Below the pieces are notes generated by a model. The model searched no databases, was not told where the DNA came from, and saw nothing but the letters and a program-made list of their open reading frames with translations. A DNA stretch of 32,000 nucleotides from Lewinellaceae bacterium (lineage in GTDB: Bacteria > Bacteroidota > Bacteroidia > Chitinophagales > Saprospiraceae), in NCBI GenBank assembly GCA_963803525.1, contig CAWDMV010000012.1, positions 209,354 to 241,353 on the forward strand, in the 5' to 3' direction. The translations under genes were made by a program, and so were the position numbers. Positions within the stretch are counted from its first letter, which is position 1; each line of letters starts with the position of its first letter. Below are positions 7,852-15,739 of the stretch, piece by piece.

Positions 7852-9172
7852 GAGCCGGGTTTAACACGAAAAATGGAGTGTTTGCCGTAGCGTAGTACCC
7901 GGAAGTATCGGACACCGTGAGGTAAACGCGGTAGGGTCCGCTTAGGGCGGGGACACGGAAAGTAAGGGAATCGAGTGAGGAGGCGATCAGCAGTTGATCC
8001 AGGGCGGGGATATCGGCGGACAAAGTGCTTTCTCCCAGCCAGTCCTCCGGGGAAATACGCCACCGGTAGTGGAGACTGTCCCTCGGAGTGACCCCTCCCG
8101 GGAAATTAGTTGTGGCGGTGACGGAGTCGCCGGAGGTCAAAAGAATATGATCCTGGGCACCCTTGCCGTCCAGCAGCAGGTATTCGATGCCCGGGCCGGG
8201 GTAGGGGAGCTCGGTTTCTTGCCACAGGTTACGCAGGGTGAAGGCCATCTCGCTCGTATGGCCCTGCTCCGAGAATAGGCTGAACCAGGTGGGTGTCTGT
8301 TCTTGTTTCAGGCCCCAGTAGAAAACCAGGCTGCCGAGAAAGCGCCCGTTATCAATCGGCGCGATGAATCGAGCGTATCGCTCCCGCAACTGTTCGGCCT
8401 TTTTCCGGCTGGTCGCTTCGATGGGTACCTGCCAGGTGGTTCTTTCGGATTCCCACGGGCCGTTAGTACTCCACTCGGAAAACAGGTACGGACCTCGCCA
8501 GATTGCCGAGAGCCAGAACCTGGTTTCCTCGAAGGACGACAGCTTTCCGAAGATGTTCAGGGAGATAAAGTCCACTTCCACGTCCTGCCAGCTCATTTTA
8601 ATATTTGCCAATTGGTGGCGAATAACAGCGGTGGTAATAGGATGGTTAGGATCCATCTTCCGTACGGCCGCCGCCAGTTCATTGTATCCGCGGACGAAGT
8701 TGCGCCCGTAGCCCGACTGGAACACCTCGTTGCCCAGCATCCAGCAAAGCAGGGCGGGATGATCCCTATTTGCCTCTACTACCTCGCGGATGTAAGCCAG
8801 CTGCGCGGCGACCTCTTCCGAATCGGAGAGGCCGGGATACCGCTTATCGTATTGCGGCAGCGGAAGGTCGGCCACGACGGCCAGGCCCAGGCGGTGGGCA
8901 TCCTTGAGTACCCGGGGTAAACTGTCGGGCTCGTATACGCGCACGGTGTTGCCGCCGTACTCCCGGAGGCGTTCCAGCTCGCTGCTGCCGGAGCCGCCCT
9001 TAATGAAAAAGGGTGCTCCGTTGCGAATAAGTTGATAGCCTACGGTTTCATCGTAAGAAACATAAACGCTGGCGTCTGCCGGAGGGCGGCGGGGGGTATC
9101 CGTACAGCTAAAGTTAAGAAAGGCAATGTAGAACAGTACCGCTACTGTTCTGCTCATAAGGCGTCGACCCAT
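7841..9172 (-). CDS. Secreted (probably lipoprotein) clan-A TIM-barrel glycoside hydrolase with Ig/PKD-like C-terminus
   Basis: 443-aa ORF. The signal peptide ends in FLNFSC. Motifs GGNTVRVY...HPALLCWMLGNEVF (GNE acid/base motif) and YLFSEWS are present, and the tail has YRVYLTVSDTSG. Its stop overlaps the start of the downstream 1280-aa gene by 11 nt. Confidence 0.8.
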   Translation of the reverse strand: MGRRLMSRTVAVLFYIAFLNFSCTDTPRRPPADASVYVSYDETVGYQLIRNGAPFFIKGGSGSSELERLREYGGNTVRVYEPDSLPRVLKDAHRLGLAVVADLPLPQYDKRYPGLSDSEEVAAQLAYIREVVEANRDHPALLCWMLGNEVFQSGYGRNFVRGYNELAAAVRKMDPNHPITTAVIRHQLANIKMSWQDVEVDFISLNIFGKLSSFEETRFWLSAIWRGPYLFSEWSTNGPWESERTTWQVPIEATSRKKAEQLRERYARFIAPIDNGRFLGSLVFYWGLKQEQTPTWFSLFSEQGHTSEMAFTLRNLWQETELPYPGPGIEYLLLDGKGAQDHILLTSGDSVTATTNFPGGVTPRDSLHYRWRISPEDWLGESTLSADIPALDQLLIASSLDSLTFRVPALSGPYRVYLTVSDTSGYYATANTPFFVLNPAHAK

Positions 9173-9419
9173 AAGGGTGTAATTTATGTGGTTCTGTCGT
9201 TGGTATAAACCCGGGTCGAAGGCACCCTAAAGATAAAAGATCTATTGGCGAACCAGACTAAAGTCGCGCATTTAACACTTCGCGCGGGCCAGGGGTTTCC
9301 CCCGGGTTCGGTGCGGCTGGAGGAATGAAATTCACCAGCTGCCCGCACAAATTACGCTTGGCGTCGATCCTGTCAACAAGGCTCCTATAATTAGGTTATA
9401 GGGGGAATAAATTACGCTA

Positions 9420-10247
9420 ATGACCAATATCGAAAGCCTGTACACCTATTTTCCGTCCCAGTACGAAGCGGTCGATCACCTGCTGAGTATGGGGGTAGGC
9501 GCGCACTTCGCCGCCCTCGTTTTCTTTATCCTGGTTTCCCGCTTCGTCGCTCCGAAGTACCGGACGGCTACCGCGCTGTCCTGTATCGTCATGGTTTCGG
9601 CGGGCACCATTCTGTACGGACAATCCGGACTGTGGAGCGATGCCTTCGTAATGAATTTCCAGGCGGGGGTGTACGAGCCGACCGAGGCGACCTTCAGCAA
9701 CGGCTACCGCTACGTGAACTGGATGGTCACCATCCCCTGCCTTCTGACCCAGCTGCTGATCGTGCTGAATATCCGGGGTGCCCGGCTCTTCCGCGATGCG
9801 ACCCTTCTGATCCTCCTCGCCTGGGGCATGATCGTTACCGGTTACATCGGCCAGTTGTACGAGACCACCGACCTGGGCAGCCTGATGCTGTGGGGAGCGA
9901 TCTCCACGGTTTTCTTCGTGGCGATGAACTGGATCGTAGGCACCCGCATCTTTCGGGGAGCCGTCGCGATGCCCCCGGCTGCCGCTTCGGCGATGCGTAA
10001 GGTGTTCTGGCTGATGATGTTCGCCTGGACGCTCTACCCCCTGGCCTACGGCATCCCCTACTTCGCCCCCGATGCGGCCGGCGTAGTGTGGCGGCAGGGC
10101 CTGTTCACCGTGGCCGACGTATCGTCTAAGGCGATTTACGGCCTCATGATCACCTACATCGCTCTACAGCGGAGCGCGGCGGAAGGCTTCGAACCCGCCA
10201 TGCAGGTCCTGGACCTGCTACCCCAACGGGGCAGCGTAGCGAGCTAG
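9420..10247 (+). CDS. Microbial rhodopsin, NTQ-motif type (light-driven inward chloride pump, ClR-like)
   Basis: 275-aa protein with seven TM helices. Helix C reads RYVNWMVTIPCLLTQLL, giving N100/T104/Q111 (codons 9717-9719 and 9750-9752). The retinal Schiff-base lysine is K237 in FTVADVSSKAIYGLMI (codon 10128-10130). Across its length it closely resembles flavobacterial ClR as I recall that sequence. Confidence 0.93.
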   Translation: MTNIESLYTYFPSQYEAVDHLLSMGVGAHFAALVFFILVSRFVAPKYRTATALSCIVMVSAGTILYGQSGLWSDAFVMNFQAGVYEPTEATFSNGYRYVNWMVTIPCLLTQLLIVLNIRGARLFRDATLLILLAWGMIVTGYIGQLYETTDLGSLMLWGAISTVFFVAMNWIVGTRIFRGAVAMPPAAASAMRKVFWLMMFAWTLYPLAYGIPYFAPDAAGVVWRQGLFTVADVSSKAIYGLMITYIALQRSAAEGFEPAMQVLDLLPQRGSVAS

Positions 10248-10257
10248 CGTCCGTCCC

Positions 10258-11459
10258 ATGCGACGTCTCTTGCTGCAATTGCGTGACCTGGTCCGCAGCA
10301 TCTCCAGCCTGCCTACGCTGGTCTTTCTGCTCTTCGTCGCCCTCGGGATAATCCAGGTGAGCACCACCGACGGGGATGCCACGCTGCCCGGTTGGTTGGA
10401 GCGCTTCAATATATCCGACCTGGATACGATCCGGGCCCTCCTGGCGGCCATCATAGGTGGCGTGTTCACCCTCACGATCTTTGCCTATACGATGGTAATG
10501 AACGTGATCGACCGGTCCATCGGATCTTATTCGCCCCGGCTGTTGCCGCTGATCCTGGCCGAGCGGTACCACCAACTCATCCTTGGCGTCGGGGCCGGCA
10601 CGATCGCCCACAGCATTATTCTCTTTCTGGGGGTGACCGAGCCGCCGGACAATGCCCGCCCCCCCTCCTGGCGGCGGCCAGCGCCGGTCTGTTCGCGGTG
10701 GCGAGCCTGGTCCTGTTCATCTACTTCATCTACCGCGTCTCCCGCAGCATTCACATCAACGTGGTGCTGTATAAGTCTTATCGCCACACCCACGAGCGAC
10801 TACAGGAACTGAGTCGTTCGCGCAGCCGCCTGGCGTGGGTGGAAGAGGAGGTCGAAACCTCCGGCGAGTGCTACCATGCCGACCGCTGCGGTTACCTGGA
10901 CGGCGTGGACGTAGACGCTCTGGTCAACTTCAGCCGTGAGAAAAAAAGCCCGGTCACCTTCCTGGCCCGGCCCGGTTCCTTCGTCTACGCCGGGCAGCCC
11001 ATTATCCGTTGGAACGGTAAGGGCAAGACGAAGGGAAGAGACGCCGCTCGGGAGGTCAGTATCTCCGAGCGGGAGCCGATCGACGTCTACGCCACCGGCT
11101 TTAAGCACCTCGTGGAAGTGGCCATCAAAGCGGCCAGTCCGGCCATTAACGACCCGGCTACGGCCATGACGGCGGTGAACTACCTCACCCAACTCTTCAA
11201 GGAATTAGCCGAATTGCCGCGGCATAACGCAGCTATGGACGATTCAGGTGGCCTGGTGTTTCTCGGTGGCTGGGCCTACGAGGATCTTCTGCGCAGTTGC
11301 TTCACCGAGCTGCGGTGTTACCTGGATAGCGACCCCTGGGCGGTGGACAATATGCGGGCCAACCTGCGGCGCATCGCGGATAGCTGTGGGGAGCGGGGCC
11401 AGCCCCAAGGACAATCGGTGGCACGCCAGGAGCTGCAGTTGCTGGAGGACAAGCCCTAA
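10258..11459 (+). pseudogene. DUF2254-family membrane protein, interrupted by a -1 frameshift in a C7 run (10659-10665)
   Basis: Track ORF 10258..10812 gives the N-terminal TM part (...ILFLGVTEPPDNARPP). Track ORF 10392..11459 gives the continuation from about 10659 (PLLAAASAGLFAVASLVLFIYFIYRVSRSIH...AIKAASPAINDPATAMTAVNYL). One extra C would join them. The gene starts 10 nt after the rhodopsin stop. Confidence 0.75.
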
Positions 11460-14359
11460 AGCTGACAACCGTCTTCCGCCAGCACCCGACGCAGGTAATC
11501 CAGCAATTGGTCCGCGTTCGTCCGACTAAAACACAGCGGTGGTTTGAGCTTCAGCACGTTCTCCCGGGGGCCGTCGGTACTCATCAGGAAGCCGAGTTCC
11601 CGCATCCGGTTCTTCAGGTAGGCAGCGGGCGTGGTCGCCGGTGCGAGGTCCGTCCCACAGAGCTCTACGCCCAGGAACAGGCCTGCACCCCGGACGTCGG
11701 CCAGCAGCGGGAAATCTTGGCGCAGGTTCCTTAAGCCAGTCTTTAGGTATGCGCCCACCGTTCGGGCGTGCTCCATCAAACCTTCTTCCCGGACTACCCG
11801 CAGTACCTCCAGGCCGATGGCGCTGCTTACCGGATTGCCGCCGAAGGTGTTGAAGTACTCCATGCCGTTGTTGAAGGCAGCGGCTACTTCGGGCGTGCAC
11901 ACCACCGCCCCCAGCGGGTGGCCGTTGCCGAGGGGCTTCCCGATGGTCACGATGTCGGGGACCACCCCCTGAAGCTCGAAGGCCCAGTAGTGGCTGCCCG
12001 TGCGGCCCACTCCCGTCTGTACCTCGTCGGCGATGCACACGCCCCCGATGGCGCGAATGTGGCGGTACACCGTCGCGAGGTAGCCGGGGGGCAACATCCG
12101 CTGGCCCCCGCAACTGACGATCGCCTCCGCGATGAAGGAGGTTTTTTCTTCCGGCAGGTAGGGGCGGGGGTCCAGGTGTTGCCCTCGTAGGAGATCGGGT
12201 AGGGGAAGCAGCAGGGTGGCGTCCGGGCGGCCCGCTCCGCCCCGCCGGTCGAACTTGTAACTGCTGACGTCGATGGTCCGGGAGGTGTTGCCGTGGTAGC
12301 CCATTTCCAGGGCCAGCACGTGGGGGTTCCCCGTCACGGCGGCGGCCATTCGGAGGGCCAACTCATTGGCTTCACTCCCGGAATTGACGAAGTGAACCAC
12401 CGAGAGGGCCGGCGGCAGGGTAGCGGTGAGGGCTTCCGCGAAGTCGATGACGTGGGGATGGAGGTAGCGACTATTGGTGTTCAGTACGCCCAGTTGCCGC
12501 GTAGCCGCCGCTACTACCCGGGGGTGCTCGTGTCCTACGTGGGCCACGTTGTTGACGGTGTCCAGGTAGCGCCGTCCGGTGTCGTCGTAGAGATACTGCA
12601 TGGAACCCCGCAGGATGTGGAGGGGCCTGCGGTAGGAGACGCTCAGGCCGTAACCCAGCCGCGCCCGACGCCGGCGCAGCAGGGAGGCCGCCGGCTCGGC
12701 GGGCGCGGTTTCGGCGGGCACGGAAAAGGAAAGCAGCGTACGGGGATCGGGGCAGAGGCCCAGCCAGACATCCGCCTCTTCCGGGTAGGCTACCCCGGGA
12801 TAATCCGCCACTTTATCGAATACGTCCAGCAGCACCTGGAAGTGCAGGTGGGGGGGCCAGCCTCCGTTCTCTTCCGGCGGGCCGATGCGCGCTATTCGTT
12901 CGCCCCCCCGCACCCGCGTCCCCGCCCGAAGGTTGGCGATGGAATCAGCCGACAGGTGGCCGTAGAGCGTGAAAAACTCCAGCCCGTCCTGGGGGCGATG
13001 CCGCAGGATGATGGTGGTTCCGTAGCCTCCCGCGGTGGGGTCCTGCCCGCAGCTGTGTACTTCTCCCGCCAGGGGGGCGTATACGGGGGTACCCGCCTGT
13101 CGCGTCCAGAAGTCCAGCCCAAGGTGAACGCTGCGCCACCGGGGACCGCTATTGCCCGTACTCGCGAAGTCATCGGTGGTGTAGACGGGTCGTGTCTCCC
13201 CGTAGCCGCCGATGCCGAGGTCCGCACCGGCGTCTTCGAGGAGCCGGCGGACGTGGATCGTGAAGGTGGCGAGATCCTCGAAGTTTCGGTTGGGCCCGAG
13301 TTCCGTACTGCCTACCCCCAGATCCATGGGCCGGAGGTCAGCATCCGCTAGCTGAAGGAGGGGGTGCAATTTTGCGGTGGTGGCCCAGTGCAGGTAAGCG
13401 GAAGCTAGCGGATGGGCACCGCGCCCGGCCGCCGTACGGAAGTGAGCCCTTGCCAGGCGCGGGTGGATAGGCCGCAACTGCCGCAGCAGCTGCCAGGCCG
13501 CCGCATCGGACACCTGCAGGTAGGCATTATCGGGATGTCGGTGGGCGTTGACGGCCGCGGTCGTCACCGTAAGCAGCAAACGCGCAATGATGAGGGGGAA
13601 CAGCGCGTCCACTTCGTCTTCCTCCAGGGGGAATACGGAATGGTAGCCGGCTACCAGTTGCCGCATGGTCCCCAGCGGATCGGGCTGTCCCATACCGGCG
13701 TAAGCGCAGGCAATGGCCAGTTCACATACCGTGGCGGTATATACCGCATCCCCAAAATCCAGTACCCCACAGATCCGACCGTCCGCTCCCACCAGGAGGT
13801 TGTGCTCATGGGCATCATTGTGATTGACGGAATGCCGCAAGGTGGAGAATTCAGCCCCTCGGATCAGCGAGAAAAAATACTCCGCCAGCACTTTCTCCCA
13901 GCGATCAAACAGCTCGGTATCTCGGTGCCGTCGCTGAGCGACTACCGGATCCCAGGCATATTGCCGGTGCGCCCCGGGGTGGTCAAACGTTCGCAAGGCA
14001 CGTGATAGCTGTCCGCAGGCCTCTCCCCAGGACCGCCAGAGTAGGGGAGTGCGGGGGTGAACTTCAGCTAGTAGCTTACCAGGCATCCAGGTGTAGACAC
14101 TCAAGTACCGCGCACCCTCCGACGTGACTACCAGGTGGCGCTCTACGGGCCCGGGCACCGCGAAGGGCAGGTCGTAGTTCGTCAGATGATCAAGCATCGC
14201 TTCCCGGAATTCCAGCTGCTCGGCTTCGGTACCCGGAGGGGCTACCTTGAGCAGGTACTGCTTCCCGCTATCCGTAGTCAGAAGATAATTCTCGTCGACT
14301 TCGCCGGGTAACGGTTGGCAGTTGACGACGGGAAAACTCAGGTAGTGCAGAGGGGGCAT
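11456..14359 (-). CDS. Tri-domain fusion: APH-type kinase (hydroxylysine/homoserine-kinase-like) + peptidase M23 + class-III PLP aminotransferase/phospho-lyase-like
   Basis: The track ORF 11456..14461 starts at a GTG, and the first ATG is at 14359 (MPPLHYLSF...). Kinase motifs: HNDAHEHNLLV and VLDFGD. M23 zinc ligands: HLGLD and PHLHFQV. Aminotransferase motifs: VNSGSEANE, ADEVQTGVGRTG and the PLP lysine in DIVTIGKPLGNGHPLG. Confidence 0.85.
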   Translation of the reverse strand: MPPLHYLSFPVVNCQPLPGEVDENYLLTTDSGKQYLLKVAPPGTEAEQLEFREAMLDHLTNYDLPFAVPGPVERHLVVTSEGARYLSVYTWMPGKLLAEVHPRTPLLWRSWGEACGQLSRALRTFDHPGAHRQYAWDPVVAQRRHRDTELFDRWEKVLAEYFFSLIRGAEFSTLRHSVNHNDAHEHNLLVGADGRICGVLDFGDAVYTATVCELAIACAYAGMGQPDPLGTMRQLVAGYHSVFPLEEDEVDALFPLIIARLLLTVTTAAVNAHRHPDNAYLQVSDAAAWQLLRQLRPIHPRLARAHFRTAAGRGAHPLASAYLHWATTAKLHPLLQLADADLRPMDLGVGSTELGPNRNFEDLATFTIHVRRLLEDAGADLGIGGYGETRPVYTTDDFASTGNSGPRWRSVHLGLDFWTRQAGTPVYAPLAGEVHSCGQDPTAGGYGTTIILRHRPQDGLEFFTLYGHLSADSIANLRAGTRVRGGERIARIGPPEENGGWPPHLHFQVLLDVFDKVADYPGVAYPEEADVWLGLCPDPRTLLSFSVPAETAPAEPAASLLRRRRARLGYGLSVSYRRPLHILRGSMQYLYDDTGRRYLDTVNNVAHVGHEHPRVVAAATRQLGVLNTNSRYLHPHVIDFAEALTATLPPALSVVHFVNSGSEANELALRMAAAVTGNPHVLALEMGYHGNTSRTIDVSSYKFDRRGGAGRPDATLLLPLPDLLRGQHLDPRPYLPEEKTSFIAEAIVSCGGQRMLPPGYLATVYRHIRAIGGVCIADEVQTGVGRTGSHYWAFELQGVVPDIVTIGKPLGNGHPLGAVVCTPEVAAAFNNGMEYFNTFGGNPVSSAIGLEVLRVVREEGLMEHARTVGAYLKTGLRNLRQDFPLLADVRGAGLFLGVELCGTDLAPATTPAAYLKNRMRELGFLMSTDGPRENVLKLKPPLCFSRTNADQLLDYLRRVLAEDGCQL

Positions 14360-14509
14360 AGTGCAACTTACGCTGGAGAACGGAAATGGTCTTGCCGGTT
14401 GACGCGCCGCTACGCGCAGGGAGTCAGTCAACCATACGAGCTTCTTTGGGATTCCGCTCACTGCCCCATACTTGCTTTTTTGGCCTACTATTTGCCTCGA
14501 AAAAGGTCG

Positions 14510-14675
14510 CTAGTGCTTCAGGATTGAACTCAGCAACAGCTTGACGCCGACGGCGTGGTGCTGAACGAGCGGACAAAAGTTCAGCATAGCCGTAACTACG
14601 GTGGATTTTTGGCCGGGAAGTGCAGCGCCGCGATGGCAAGTTAAGGTGCAGCTTATTTCGGTCCTGAAACACTAG
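14510..14675 (+). repeat. 166-bp TIR-bounded MITE-like repeat, copy B
   Basis: Gapless 147/166 match to the reverse complement of 1590-1755. Termini are CTAGTGCTTCAGG and CCTGAAACACTAG. It fills most of the divergent intergenic region 14462-14692. Confidence 0.85.
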
Positions 14676-14692
14676 GCACGTACTTTACCCCG

Positions 14693-15739
14693 ATGAAGCG
14701 CTACCCTGCTACTTCCGACCCCTCCCTCACGGTATTCAGTGCGGCGGATGACCTGCTGCTGCGCTGGGGCCGCGAGGAGCTGTCACCCGACGAACCGGTC
14801 CTGGTCCTGCACGATCGCTTTGGCGCCCTGTCTCTGAGCCTGCCGCAACCCGTACGCTTTTTTGCAACCTACCACAGTCAGGAGGAGGCGCTACGCCGGA
14901 ACGCCACCGGGGACTTACCCGAAAAGGAGTCATTTTTTGATGTTCCCGTACCCACGGGTGGCGCCCTATTGCGGGTTCCCAAATCCCTGGAGCTCTTCGA
15001 GGCCTACGTAGCGCGTATCGCCGCCGCTTCCGGGGTCGACACCCGCGCCGCGGCGGGCTTCATGACGCGGCACTTTACTCCCCGTTTACTGGAGATCGCC
15101 GGAAGCTACGCCGGCAGGGTAGAGCAAAGTAGGGCGGTACGCAAGGCGCGGTTGCTGCTGCTTTCCGAATTTTCCACCCAGGGGGCCGCAACGGAGCTAC
15201 CCCTTCGCCGGCTCCCCTTCGCGGGAACGGAATACCGGCAGTATGCCGGCGTGTTCTCCGCGGGCCACATTGACTACGCCACTCAGTTTTTATTGCAGCG
15301 GTGGGAGGATTTTAATCTACCGGAACCATCTACCATATTAGATGTGGCTTGCGGCAACGGAATCATCGGGGACCAGCTGTTACGGCGATACCCCGCGGCC
15401 TCCCTGTTAGCTACGGATGACTCCCGGCTGGCGGTGGAAAGTGCGCGCTTGAATCTGCCCCCGGCGCGTGCGCGGGTGCTTTACGCGCATACCTTGGATG
15501 AGGTGCCGACTGCCTCCCAGGAGCTGGTGGTGACCAATCCGCCCTTTCACTTTGGCCACGAAAATAATGTGGAGATCAGCCTTGGGCTGTTCCGACAGGT
15601 GAGGCGGGTACTTAAACCCGGGGGTAGGCTGGTCATCGTGGCTAACCGCCACCTGAATTACCGCAGCCACCTCGTACGGCTGTACTCCGTAGAGACACTT
15701 GCCCAAAATGATAGATTCGAGATCTACGGCTGCCGCTAG
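14693..15739 (+). CDS. rRNA (guanine-N2)-methyltransferase, RsmC/RlmG family (MTS domain)
   Basis: 348-aa ORF. The SAM motif I is ILDVACGNGIIG and the catalytic motif is VVTNPPFH. A duplicated-domain size is typical of RsmC/RlmG. Confidence 0.85.
   Translation: MKRYPATSDPSLTVFSAADDLLLRWGREELSPDEPVLVLHDRFGALSLSLPQPVRFFATYHSQEEALRRNATGDLPEKESFFDVPVPTGGALLRVPKSLELFEAYVARIAAASGVDTRAAAGFMTRHFTPRLLEIAGSYAGRVEQSRAVRKARLLLLSEFSTQGAATELPLRRLPFAGTEYRQYAGVFSAGHIDYATQFLLQRWEDFNLPEPSTILDVACGNGIIGDQLLRRYPAASLLATDDSRLAVESARLNLPPARARVLYAHTLDEVPTASQELVVTNPPFHFGHENNVEISLGLFRQVRRVLKPGGRLVIVANRHLNYRSHLVRLYSVETLAQNDRFEIYGCR

Noticed and set aside
12293-13351. 352-aa plus-strand ORF inside the tri-domain fusion gene
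   Set aside because: It is antisense to a frame with clear kinase, M23 and aminotransferase motifs and has no motifs of its own.
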